64,000 bases of DNA from Octopus sinensis (GCF_006345805.1 NC_043010.1:56854001-56918000); one strand, 5' to 3'; positions 1-12,714 are shown, numbered from the stretch's first letter. Numbers and translations: made by a program. The notes: generated by a model from the sequence alone, not told the origin.

Positions 1-1900
1 CAGTCTCTTCAGATTAAGTATTTGCTACTTTATCCTAAATCTTTCTTTGGTCTTCCCTCTCCTCCAGGTTTTATTTGTATTGATTATACAACATTTCTTT
101 ATACAGCTCGAATCCTCCATACACATCACATGTCATTACTATCACAATTTTGCACACTCTATTTCATTCTTCTTATATACAGCTTTTTTTTCTCCATCTT
201 GTTAAAACTGTCATTCATACTCAACATTACTCATGCCTGCTTCATTTTTTTCTATTTTTGCAATTCATTTAAGGCCCATGATTTACTACATGCAACATCA
301 CATTTTGTACATAAGTATTGTGCAGTCTACCTTTTCCACTGAGGGAGAAATCCTTCATTGCCAACAGAGGTAATAGCTCTTGGAACTACTTCCTATCTAC
401 CCTTACTTCTTGAAAACCCATTCCCACAGCTAATTAGACCACAGTGTTAACAAACTATCAACTGTTTCTAGTGAACCACATAGACATCTTTGGGAATCTA
501 GTTCATAACGCTTATGGCCCCTTTGTACTTGCCACATATGAAATCTATTTTCTCTGTTAGCTCGGCTCTGCTTCCACTCATATGTTGTGCATCATCCACT
601 TTCCACATTGACCTTACACAATGGAATTTCTTCCTACCCTCCTTACACAAATCAAGCGAGACCATTTCTGTGATGGTAGTAAGGCCCTACTTACTAATAG
701 TTTTGTCTTGATTAAGATGAGGTCATTCAATTCTAGCTATTGCTTCCATATCCGGGCTTTTTCTCCAATTCCTTATAAATTCTACAAATTGGTCGCCAGC
801 GTAGAGGAGTTGCCATTGACACTGGTCTTAAACTCTTGTGTTATTGCTTGGAGGATGCTAATAAACTGGCAGCTAGATGAAAATTGAGTCTGGATGGACT
901 TGTAAACTATATATTAAATTTGTTACTGAACTCATTTGTAACTTTCATCTTGCTTACTGCACCTCTGTACATGGCTTGTACAGCTCTTGCAAACTATTCA
1001 CCTACTTCTCGATTCTTTAGCAACCACCAAAACCATGGAGCACAGGGCTCTGTCAAAAGCCTTCTCCAGGTTGATGTATGCTAAGTATCATCTGTTACTT
1101 GCCTGTAGCTAAGTACTTCTGTAATTGTTTCTCTAGACAAGATGACATCAGGAGGGATACCTCTTACTGGCACAAAGCAACACTACATCTTATCCAAGCT
1201 AAACCGGTTCCTAATCAATTTTGCCATAACTTTCATGATTTGGGCCAACCATTTGGTGCCTTTGTTGTTTCTTTCCCTACTGCATCCATTCTGCTCTTAT
1301 AGTAGTTTGCAATGACGCCTGTACACCAGTCACTGAGTATTCCCTGAGGGAGCATTGCAGTGACTAACCAGTACACTACGTAAACAGATATTTTAGGCAT
1401 CTCAGTGACTATCCTCAGTAATCCAGCTGCTTTCCCCATCTTCATAATTGCTCTGTCTACCATATTACTGCCAACTTGGATATCGGGTCCCTTTCTTGGG
1501 TCTACTCAGAGTGAACTTTCTCTCTCTTTCCTATTATTTCTCCTCATTCAACAAACTTTCCATGTCACTTTTTGGTATCAGTAAAAACAAGCGTCTTCTT
1601 TTCATTTTATATCTTCTTCTCCCTAGCAACATCTCAGTTCTCTCTAGTACATGCTTCTGATGCTCACATTGCAGAACATGCAAACTTTTTCTTTTCTGCA
1701 TTTTCCCTTGCTAAGTGTACCTGAAGTTTAGCTTCTCTTCTAGCTCTTTAATATTTCTCTCTACTGCCCCTTTTCTTCCAGTTTTTCAAGACCTATCTCC
1801 TAGCTTTTATGGTTCTGTCTACAGTACTATTCCACCCTCACATAGCCATACTTTCAGCTGGAGCCATGTACCAGCCTTAAATTTCATCTGCATCTCTCAG
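1..1900 (-). mobile_element. Decayed RTE-clade LINE, RT and 3' part (many stops/frameshifts)
   Basis: Minus-strand translation gives RTE motifs in order: MVDRAIMKMGKAAG...GILSDWCTGVIANYYK (ORF 1233..1463), YINLEKAFDRA (~1075-1040), RAVQAMYRGAVSKMKV, ILQAITQEF...WQLLYAGD (degenerate YADD, ~850-790), and GRPKK near 60-45. Left end may run out of the window. Confidence 0.85.
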
Positions 1901-2427
1901 TAGGTTATCATATAAAAAGTCCTAGTCTCTGTCTGTCTCTCTCATGTAGACAATTGACTCAATTTTCTTACAGTTTGATACACTGCAACCTAATTGCAAC
2001 AATACAGTGCATTACCTCAATATACTACTTACTATATGTATGTGGCATCTCTATCAGTATGTGTGTGTGTGTGTGTTACTAACTCCTTGCATTGATATCA
2101 TGTGATAGTTCTAGTCATCTGTGGGAACATGTCTGGTTATGGGAAAATATTACCATTCTTAAAAAAATTTGAGGGTTGGCAACAGGAAAGGTATCCAGTC
2201 ATTTAAAATTTGCCTCAACAAATTTCATTTGACCCATGTAAGCTTGGGAAATGGATATTAAACTGATGACAATGATGTTGATATATGTGAACATATGTAT
2301 TAAATAGTAGTGTGACTTTTGGAGTGTTCTGTATATATAGTCTTAATTGCTGGCAAAGAGACATTATTTCATTTTGCAACCCTAATACACTTCGAAATAT
2401 ATTACAAGTCATTACTGTGTTGTATCT

Positions 2428-2466
<39 letters not shown>

Positions 2467-3379
2467 TGCATTGTTTGCGTACATGTCTTTTTTTATGAAA
2501 TGTTGTAACTTGCAGTACTGGCTCTGAATTTTATAGAAAATCCTTCGAGATTAACTTTAAAATGAAAATATTGCTCTGTTAACACAAGGTGAGACAGCAT
2601 TGACTTGTAAACCTGTAATATACTTGGTAATATATTATGGTTGCAAAATGAAATATTGTAGCTTTGTCAGCAATATGTACCAGTGACCAGGAATGGGTAT
2701 AATATGTAAATTGGTCTATCCAACTGTTGCACTGCTAGACCTGGTGGGTATTTAAACAATGTTTGTGGATAGTTGATGGGTTGGCTGTGGTACTGATGAA
2801 ACTAATAACTCTTGAACGATGCATAGACACCCATCACCTAATTTTCTCTCTTTGATCGCATTGTTTAAATACTCGTGTTTGTATAAAAAATGTTGTAACT
2901 TGCAGTGTTGGTTCTGAATTCTATAGAAAATCTAGAGATAAACTTAGAAGTGAACCAATGGTCACATGTTGATATAATGGCATACACAGAGTATGTGTGG
3001 GGCAAGTTATAAGGGAAGGAAATAGAGAAATAACAGCATTGCAATTATGAGTGTATGTATGTATGTAACGTTGGGTTGTACAATGTAAGATGAAGCATCA
3101 AGGTATTTTAAAGTGAAGTTGATGTCTATGATAGTACATGCCAGGGAAGCTTATGAAGATATTTTTCTGGAAAATGTGTTAGGATTGGAAGGGTGGTGTC
3201 ATCAATGATAACCCAGAATAAGTACTACAAAGCAATTTTTCTTATGTTCAAAGGATTCTGACATTCCACCATCCTAAGGAAAGAAACAAAGAAAGAAAGC
3301 AGGAAACTGAACATTAGTGAAAACTAAATTGTGTAAATGTGAAGGAATTCTGCTGTGATTTTGTTGCTTCCTCCATAGT

Positions 3380-4150
3380 GTGACATTAGTAATTCATAGA
3401 AGTATTTATCCTCCTCATATGTTTTGAGGTCAGAATATTTTCTGAGAATATGCACTTTCAGTGTTCCTCAAAATTACAGCCTTTTTGTTGTGAAACGTTC
3501 AGTTGAATTACTGTTATTGTGCCTCCTATGCCCATTGAATCTTTTATTTAATTGTTCTGTTGTACAACCAACATAAATCAAATTGGTTTTGGTGCATTCT
3601 GCTGCGTACACCAAATTGGAATCCTTACTGGTCTCACCTACTGTCTTGTTAAGATAGTGTAATGATATCAACTAATCTTTATCTCTTATTTCATGTCCAG
3701 TATTATAATGGCTTCAGATGGTTTCTTGTGATAACTGCAGGATCAACCAATGAAAAAGTGCCATATCTGTATAGCCAATGTGGCAGTTTAGAGTATTGAA
3801 GAAGTATGTTGTATGCTTTGTTAATTTGTAGCTTTGTGTTGACAAGGAAGTTTCATAGTCTGGTGTTTGTGTTGTTAGTTGTGATTACACATGTTCTGTT
3901 TTATAAGTCAGTTATCCATTTTGTAACCAAAGGACGTCTGGTTCTTGTAGTGTATGATTAGTATTAAATCTCATGTAGACAGGTTTATCAGTGATAGGAA
4001 TATCCTGCTATTGTATGTAACCTACTGACGTGTGTATGAATTAACCTTGTTATTAGCATCACTTCACCCTGATGATGAAATCAGGAAGATCATGTAACAT
4101 AAATGGACTAATAGTTTTAGGAATACCATTGTTTCAAACTACATATAAAT
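3380..4150 (-). mobile_element. Penelope-like element fragment with GIY-YIG endonuclease remnant
   Basis: ORF 3474..3671 reads SNLVYAAECTKTNLIYVGCTTEQLNKRFNGHR, matching the Penelope GIY-YIG pattern (VY-x3-C...YVG-x-T...L-x2-R-x3-HR). An LKVHILRKY...EEDK remnant follows at ~3455-3400. Upstream limit is approximate. Confidence 0.8.
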
Positions 4151-4285
4151 GACTAAATGATGGAAATATCAACAAACATTTGATTAGTAAGATCAAACTT
4201 GAAACAGTTCGAAAGAAAGTCATTATTTCCATAGATATATATGTGTATACATACATGTATGTCTATATACAACATATATTCATAG

Positions 4286-4948
4286 CGGTTGAGGGAACCT
4301 GTGGAAGAAGTACACCCAGGAAGACCTGGGATGAAGTGGTGAAGCACAACCTTCGAACTTTAGACCTCACCAAGGAAATGACTAGTAACCGAGACTTTTG
4401 GAAATATGCTGTGCTTGAGAAGACCCGGCAAGCCAAGTGAGACCCTATGGCCTATGCCAGGAGCATAACCATCCCGCTTATGCGTACCTTTTCCTTCTTT
4501 GGACACTAAACTCTGCTTGCGAAGACTTGTTGAGGCAAGTGAAATCAAAATCAAAATCAAATTCGATGACTGGCATCCATGCTAGCAGGGTGCAAAGAGC
4601 ACCATACGAGTGTGATCGTTGACAGAGCGGCTAACCAGCTTGGGAGCCAGTGGCACATAAAAAGCACCATTCATGTGTGATCGTCACCAGCGTCACCTTA
4701 TTGGCACTTGTGGCCGTGCTAGTAGACTGCCAAGAGCACCATCCGAGCGTGATCATTGAAAGAGCGGCCAAATGGCTTCCGTGCCAGTGGCACGTAAAAG
4801 GGCACCATTCAAGCGTGGTTGTTAACAACGTTGCCTTACTGGCACCTGTGCTGGTGGCATGTGCAAAAAGATTTGAGCGAGGTCATTGCTAGTACCGCCT
4901 GACTGGCCCCTGTGCCGGTGGCACGTAAAAAACACCCACTACACTCTC
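4286..4948 (+). mobile_element. RTE LINE 3' end (C-terminal coding remnant plus repetitive 3' UTR)
   Basis: VEGTCGRSTPRKTWDEVVKHNLRTLDLTKEMTSNRDFWKYAVLEKTRQAK* (stop 4438-4440) is an RTE C-terminus. It is followed by GGCACGTAAAA-GCACC repeats and GGTTGGCGTTAGGAA, shared with other copies in the window. Confidence 0.85.
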
Positions 4949-5153
4949 AGAGTGGTTGGCGTTAGGAAATATTTTTGTTTCACTTTTAACACGTAATACT
5001 GAAATAGTGGAGAAGATATGATATTGCTATGGGCTCGCTCTAGGCAAGAAGTTGAACATTGTTTTTGCCCATGAAACTACATGGACCCTAAGTAAGGCAT
5101 GTGTAAAATTTGAATGAAATTGGTTGTGTAGTTCTCAAGTTTTAGGGAAACAC

Positions 5154-5192
<39 letters not shown>

Positions 5193-5195
5193 CAC

Positions 5196-5230
5196 ATTCT
5201 CAGTTTTATATATATAAAGATATATATATT

Positions 5231-5278
<48 letters not shown>

Positions 5279-5343
5279 CACACACACTATATATATATAT
5301 ATATACTCTTTTACTCTTTTACTTGTTTCAGTCATTTATACAC

Positions 5344-5375
<32 letters not shown>

Positions 5376-5404
5376 CATATATATATTCACACACACACAC
5401 ACAC

Positions 5405-5459
<55 letters not shown>

Positions 5460-5460
5460 T

Positions 5461-5518
<58 letters not shown>

Positions 5519-5540
5519 CATATATATATATATACACATT
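5196..5540. repeat. Compound (TA)n/(CA)n microsatellite, with a short SINE tail at ~5306-5338
   Basis: Seen directly in sequence. Confidence 0.95.
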
Positions 5541-5734
5541 CAAAATGTGACTGCGTGTGTACCGTTGGCGATTTTTTTTCCTCTGTCTTCCTTTCACTGG
5601 ATTTTTCCTTCTATGTTTCCGACGAAGAGCTCCGCTCGAAACGTTAAACCCTCCTTCTTTCCTGAGCATCCAATAATACTATATTTGTTCCACGTCCTCG
5701 CATTGTGTTTTTTTGTGCTTTCTTGTTTGGATCA

Positions 5735-5738
<4 letters not shown>
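5541..5738 (+). mobile_element. Penelope-type terminal (pLTR-like) fragment ending in (TA)n
   Basis: Contains a minimal hammerhead-like motif at 5615-5649. Its 3' tail (ATTTGTTCCACGTCCTCGC...GTTTGGAT) recurs at ~32503-32545 and ~36848-36903, each next to (TA)n. Penelope assignment is inference. Confidence 0.6.
5615..5649 (+). ncRNA. Minimal type I hammerhead ribozyme motif (U4C variant)
   Basis: GTTT-CCGACGA-A-GAGC(TCC)GCTC-GAA-ACGT-T-AAAC. Stem I GTTT/AAAC, stem II GAGC/GCTC, palindromic ACGT in place of stem III, GUU cleavage triplet. Core is CCGACGA instead of CUGANGA. Confidence 0.55.
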
Positions 5739-6205
<467 letters not shown>

Positions 6206-6207
<2 letters not shown>

Positions 6208-6603
6208 TCAATAATAAAAGGGTAAAATTAATTAATTATTAATTAATTTTACCAAGTAGTGTTCAGTATGTAAAAAGACCATTTATGGTATATTTAAAAC
6301 ATTACATTATATAATTAAGGTTCAGTAAAATAATTTACTTGACCACACACTGAACTGTGAGAAATAGCATCCAAAAAATCTTAGCTATTTCTTCTACTAT
6401 AAGAAAAATCTCCCAGACAATGTATACTCGAAAATAATTCACGCAGGTATAAAGATCACTCGTACATAAGATTACTTGAGAACGGCCGTTTCTGGATTAG
6501 TTGAATCTAAAGATCAACATTTCCTTCGTCAGCTCAAAGATTTCTTTAGATTTGGATTTGAGAGCACTAAAAATCGAACATACCCGTCTGATATGATCAC
6601 TCA
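6206..6603 (-). mobile_element. Penelope-type terminal fragment of a second family, 3' end running into (TA)n
   Basis: Carries a hammerhead motif at 6476-6537 and ends directly in the TA array. Family assignment is inference from hammerhead plus architecture. Confidence 0.55.
6476..6537 (-). ncRNA. Type I hammerhead ribozyme motif with intact catalytic core
   Basis: Minus strand: TTGAG-CTGACGA-A-GGA-AAT-GTTGA-TCTTTAGAT-TCAAC-TAA-TCC-A-GAA-ACGGCCGT-T-CTCAA. Stem I TTGAG/CTCAA, CUGANGA and GAAA core, extended stem II, self-complementary ACGGCCGT stem III, GUU triplet. Confidence 0.7.
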
Positions 6604-6605
6604 TA

Positions 6606-7255
6606 TCAGACGGGTACTATAAAAAGCAGTGGTCTCAAGACAGTGCCCTGTGGAACACCACTCACTATTTGTGTGTTCATAGAGGTGGCTCCATTAGCCA
6701 CTACTGCCTGACTCCTATCTTTCAGGAAGTCATTTAACCACACTCCAAGTTTTCCAGCTATGCCGAGGTCACGCAGTTTGTGGCATATCATACCATGATC
6801 CACCTTGTCAAAAGCTTTTGCAAAATCAAGGTATATTACATCCACATTTGATTTGTTGAATAACTGCCTCAACACCCAGTCATAACGTTGTAAGAGCTGG
6901 GTCATGCAGCTCCTACCTGGTTGAAAACTATGCTGGGTATCACTCAGCAAGTTATTTTCCTCAAGGAATGTGATTAGTTTCCCTTTGACTATCTTTTCCA
7001 TGATTTTGCTGATGTGTGAAGTCGAGAGATAGGCCTATAGTTTTTGGCATCTGCTCTGCTTCCCCCTTTATGGATTGGGCATATTATTCCCTCCTTCAGC
7101 TTGCTTGCCAGTTTGCCATTTGCAAGAAAGCTCTGGAAGAGAATCTGGAGGGGTTTTACCAGGGCATGCTTACACGATTTGAGGAGGATTGCTGGGAAAC
7201 CATCAGGACCAGCAGTTGAGTTTGTGTCCACTTCATCTCTGGTTCGTTCACTTGT
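6606..7255 (-). mobile_element. CR1/Jockey-group LINE reverse transcriptase fragment (one frameshift near 6989-7001)
   Basis: AGPDGFPAILLKSC...CPIHKGGSRADAKNYRPIS, then QHSFQPGRSCMTQLL...VDVIYLDFAKAFDKVDH...SGVPQGTVLRPLLF. These are RT motifs 1-4, truncated before YADD. Confidence 0.9.
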
Positions 7256-7269
7256 CATGAAGTAATATC

Positions 7270-7420
7270 TCTTTTCCAATGTTGGCATGGGCCAGATGGC
7301 TTGAGCTCCAATATTCACTTTGGCTTCTCTAATGCTACCCACTTCACAGAGTGTACTTGGTGCCTTCTTAGTGGCACCAGCATTGGTGGGATCACCAAGT
7401 ACTCGCAGGACAAGATCCCT
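7270..7420 (-). mobile_element. Fragment of RTE-tail-related short repeat
   Basis: CTAATGCTACCCACTTCACAGAGTGTACTTGGTGCC matches the reverse complement of the RTE 3' UTR at ~4915-4948 and the copy at 14555-14600. Confidence 0.6.
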
Positions 7421-7678
7421 TAACTGAATGGCGTATAATATTAGGGGGTATGAAAAAGTATGATAGAGCAAGTATCTTGTTGAGGAGGCAAACAAACACA
7501 TGGCTTCTCCATCTGGAAAGGGTGATAGAAATCAAGGTACAAGGTAAATAGGAATGGAAAAAAGCAGCATCTCTCTCTCACTCCCACTCTAAATATCTGT
7601 CTGTCATCATCATCATCTAACATCTGATTTCCATGCTGGAATGGGTTGGAGTATCTATCTATCTGTTTGTCTTATACG

Positions 7679-7706
<28 letters not shown>

Positions 7707-7712
<6 letters not shown>

Positions 7713-7888
7713 AAATTAAGAAGAATGACTACTGAAGTGGATACCTGATATGTTAAACATAGATGACAAATCGCCATTACCACGAATAATGTGTTCTCAA
7801 GAACATTCTTCGTGATAATAGCGATTTGTCATCTATGTTTAGCATATTAGGTGTCCACTTCAGTGGTCATTCCTCTTAATTTTGTATG
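7707..7888. repeat. 182-bp near-perfect palindrome (foldback, MITE-like)
   Basis: Arms of about 89 nt. Hand alignment gives 8 substitutions plus one 2-nt indel, with a 2-nt loop at TTCT-CA-AGAA. Confidence 0.9.
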
Positions 7889-7981
7889 TAGCACAATTTT
7901 TAATCTTTGGATTTTTTAAATATGCTACGACACTGGTTTTCTTATTATTTAATTTTATACACTTACACACACATACACACA

Positions 7982-8062
<81 letters not shown>

Positions 8063-9533
8063 TCAGATTAGTGTGTGAAATTAGGCACAGTGAAGAACGG
8101 AATAATTTCAGCTTTAAATCTTTCCCTGATCCCACCTAGAAATTCACTACAAAACGTTTGCTATCTTTTCTATATATTGCCTTTGTCACCATTTTCAACT
8201 GAGAGATCTTGGAATCTTTTAATTTCTGTACTAATATTTACAGCTTCAAAGAGAAATGTTGATATTTAAACATTGAGCTTACTCTGTTGAGTGTATTTAT
8301 CATTAATTACCCATTTTGCTCATTTTAATAATCAGAATGTACAGTAAAATGTTGTTTGGGTAATTTACTAACCGGAATGATAGAAACCGTGAAAGTTTAT
8401 TGATAACGAAGAGGCTTTTGGCCGATTCTGTATGCCAAGGGAAATAACTCAATTGTTTCATTGAAACATGACTGAAACTCTTTTACCTTTTATAGAAAGC
8501 TGAATTGCTGGGCTGCACAAAGAAATATTTCTGCTAACCTATACTTATATAATCTAGTAGAGCAGTCTGTATTAAGTGTATTGTAGTTTCTATTACAATT
8601 TGTTGATAATAAATCAGTTTTTCTATATCTAACTTAACAACTGCTATCATTTACTTTGCTGACCTCTTTACAACTAAAATAGTTATTTTTAGAATTGATT
8701 TTTTATAGCTTTAACTCTACATTGTCAGTTTGCTGTTTCTTTTTCTATTATCAGTTTATTTTATGCAACATATGATGTGTTATTTAGTATTTCTCAGCAC
8801 AGTAGTAACTCTACCCCACAGTTGTCAGTCTGAAACACACACACACACACACACACTCTGTCTTGTCAGTAATTATGTTTTCTCTAAAGTCTCTCTTATA
8901 GTTTCTAAAATAGTTGGGCTTTAAAATTTTCATGACTATATTCATAAACTAGTTATTATTTTCCAATCCAAACTCTTCAAATGTAACAAGTTGAACATTA
9001 AAGCTGCAACAGTGCTAAGTTTGGGGATTGTTGAGGGATTTAGAAAAGAGACAAAAATCATGAGCAAATTTCTTCTTAATTATTGTAAAGTTTTGTTTTC
9101 ATCTGGGAAACCCTTATTTCTTTAGATATTTATTCAATAGATTGCATCAATTTGTTTCAGTATGACTAACTATTTGATAAACGATGAATCCATATGGTTA
9201 GCCATAAGTATGGTTAGACTGAAGTGAAGTAAAATGCACTGGTTTATTGAAATATTTTCACTTTGGTTAATGTTTGCAATGAAACAAGGGAAGCGGTGAA
9301 GTTACATTTCCAGCTCAAACATACGCAGTGGAACAAGGTTAATTCATTTGAATTCTGAATATTTATTGTCTTGTTAATTAACGTGTACAGATGATATTAT
9401 TAATGTCTGTGAATAATTATTGGATCGGGACTTTAGTTAATATTACTATTTACATTACAACTGGAGTTTGTACATTGGGTCATAAAATTCCCTCTCTTTT
9501 AAAATATGGTTTTAAACATTCAGTTTTGATGCA

Positions 9534-9768
9534 TTACCGTTTCGATACCAACCCGCCTGCGACTGTCTTTGGTTCTCGAATACAAAGCTGTCCATTTTGA
9601 AATGTTTACATTTAAATTAAAATCTTCCACTATAATTTTTATGTTAAAGTTTTTTCTTATTTTCCAAACACCAGCTTAATAATAACGAAGTTAAATATTT
9701 TATAAAATCTCTCTAAATCAATTTCAACACAATATGTTTTGTTAGAGTCTGGGTGACGGAAGAGTTAA
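9534..9768. mobile_element. Degenerate piggyBac-like MITE
   Basis: Left end TTAC-CGTTTCGATACC and right end GACGGAAGAG-TTAA resemble decayed TTAA-CCCTTTCG ... CGAAAGGG-TTAA termini. Confidence 0.4.
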
Positions 9769-10774
9769 TAATTGTAGTATTATTTATACTTGAAATAATG
9801 GGGTGGAGAATAGAATGTTATTTTGATAAGTAACTCTGTTACCAGGATGTTATCACTGGGTCAGGGAAGGCTTATTGGTATAAAGTATATTTGTTCATTA
9901 CAACTAAATACTTTTAACCCTTGAAATTTTAAGTTTCCTTCAAATACAAGTGTAAAATTTGCTAACAGATATTTTAAGATACACTTTATTAAAGATAGCT
10001 TCATAGAGAGTTCAGAATGTTTTTGCCACTATCAATAGGCTTACTGCTGTACAACTTCAGACTGCTACTTGCTGCGTGAAACATTACTCTCCACCACTAC
10101 AGTGCATTTTAGTAATAGTGCACCAAGCTGTCATTGTTAAGCGCAGGTTTGCATGAGCTGCTATATAAGAGATGGACTCTGCTGAGCTTTTATGTGGATG
10201 TGCATGTTCATGTGAGTGTGTGCGCATGCGTATATAAGCATATGTGTTTTGTACAATTTTGTAGAAACATGCATTTTCCTATTTCCATCTATATATAATA
10301 ATAATAATAATAATAACAATGATGATGATGAAAAAACTGGGTACAGCTAGTCATCTTTATTAAGATCAATGTGCAGTGTCGGTTGTATTCCTCTTGGTTC
10401 TGCTAAAAAAACCATCTTTCTTCTTCATATGATGTCACCAGATTGAATGGATGTTTGCGCCATCTGCAAGTTGCAAGCATTTCTAGGGTGAAGTAATCAG
10501 AAATATTTCTTAACCTTTATTTTTAAGCTGACCTTCACAGTAGAATATCTCAATGTTTTATTCTATTATATATTTTATGCTGACATTATTCGTTGACATT
10601 TTCACACACTATATATGTTTTAAAATCATTTTAAATTCTTACCAAAATGTATTCTTTCACCCTGACCAAAATTTTAAATACTTTTCTGTAAGATATAATG
10701 TGTCTATATAAATATATCTGCAGCTAGTTGTATGTGGAAAGGAGAGCTCTGTCTGTCCGTCTGTCTCTCTCTCA

Positions 10775-10819
<45 letters not shown>

Positions 10820-11683
10820 CCCCCTACACGCACATACATTAATGCAACCTTTATGTGTATACAGAAAAGTGTGATAGGGTTGATGTGCTTTTCAATTAGT
10901 TTACTGTAGTAAAACAAAATTACGATAATTTACTTAAAACGTGTTGAAATTGCAAGCTGTGGTAGTGTTGTTGATGTCAGTGCTCTAATGGCAGTACGTC
11001 TGTGGTTTTAGGATATCATCAAGTTTGTAGAGCTTTGTTTTGTTATAATATTATATCACTGACTTTCTTTTATTACCCAGGTAGAGAGGGAACTGGTTTG
11101 CATTAAAGACACAGCCTTTAACTGCAATATTTTTAAGATTTTGGCAACCTGAATAAAACCTTCAATTCACAAATAGTTTCCAAATCATTTTTAAAAGATG
11201 TTTCATAATTCTACCTGTTTATTAACTACCTGCACATGCGTTCACATGTGTGCGCGTGCACACACACACACACACACACACACAACCACCACCACCACCA
11301 CCACCACCACCAATCATATATATATGCACATCAAACAGATACCAGTATGTACATATATTCACTACCTGTACACTCTCTTTCACACACACACACTACAGCA
11401 GCTACCACTCTTTCTCTCTCTCTATGTATTTATGTGTATGTATAGATATATATGTGTGTGTGTGTATAGAGAGAGACACGCACACACACACACTCACTAC
11501 AATATCTATCAGTACACACACAAACTACAATAGTTACCCCTCTACACATGCACACACACACACACACAGAGACTCACAACAATATCAACTAGCTGTACTA
11601 ATGTGTGTGTAACTTTCCAGTTTATTATAAGCTACTGACTTCTTCATTGAATATTTCATTTCTGAGACGTGTCTCTAACTTAC

Positions 11684-11704
11684 CTGATATAGAAAATGTT
11701 TGAC
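11684..11704 (-). other. Candidate 21-nt microexon
   Basis: ttttccctttaaaactaaatcttag|GTCAAACATTTTCTATATCAG|gtaagt. Consensus donor, length divisible by 3, open in phase 2 (SNIFYI). Confidence 0.2.
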
Positions 11705-12671
11705 CTAAGATTTAGTTTTAAAGGGAAAATTAGTTACCTGAACAATATATTTTCCCTAGATACAAATAATACAAAAATAATAATTTTCTATGATATTTCT
11801 GTACTGACTACATCTCTAGCAATTGGGGATATTTCTTCAGTGATTCTAGTTTTGAAGAAAACGCATGACAGTATAATAAAAATGTTTGGTCATTTTGTCA
11901 TAGAAATCTATGTGACAGTCAAAAATGTTCTAGTAGTAGTTGTGTAAGTCATCAGGAGTATTCCCATCTTTGGAAAGCTCTATCTACATGTATGGTGATA
12001 AGGAAGGTTCATATTATTATACCTTACACCAATATCATTGACTTTAGTTTTCCATGTTTTTGTCTATGTATTGCAATTTCTTGCAATTTATTTCATGGCA
12101 TTCTAAAGACTTATTAGTGTATTTTCAATTAAAAGTTTAGACCAAGATTACTGGTTATTAAATGGGTTCATGGGGATACATTGTGGTAAAGCATTTTAGC
12201 GTAAACCCATGTCTTCACACATGCGCACTTGCAAACACACACACGTTTTTGCAAAGAGTCATGGCGCTGAGTTTACATTTTCTTAAAAATGTGTAAATAC
12301 ATTTCATATATTTGAAGTAACTTATTATTGTGATAGTTTTAAGGGGAGGGGTGATTACCTACAGGTGAAAACTGATAAATGTTTAGCAGATTCTTGATAT
12401 GGGTTCAGATATTGGCATAGTTCATCTTAATTCATGTTAGACGATGATCTTAATGTTGTGTTGAATAAATAAGTCAGTGCCAGCCAAGTAATGGTCTGTT
12501 AGCAGTGACTCAACATCACCCAGCTGTAACTACCTTCAGATTATCAACTGTATAATGATAATGTCTGGATTCCTATCTTCATCCAACACATGTCACCTGG
12601 CATGGGAAATTGGTCAACAGTATGGGCAGATAATTCCAAACATTAATCAATACAGATAAAAGATAAAAAGT

Positions 12672-12714
<43 letters not shown>

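Noticed and set aside
2780-2835. CTGATGA...GAAC hammerhead-like string
   Set aside because: No convincing stem II, GAAA is incomplete, and it is on the strand opposite the nearby Penelope fragment.
4560-4948. Regularly spaced repeats resembling a CRISPR array
   Set aside because: The spacers are themselves homologous, the array directly follows an RTE stop codon, the DNA is eukaryotic and there are no cas genes.
6989-7501. 170-aa minus-strand ORF as a single gene
   Set aside because: It is a chimeric read-through. Only ~7255-6989 is CR1 RT; the upstream part is an RTE-tail repeat and unique sequence.
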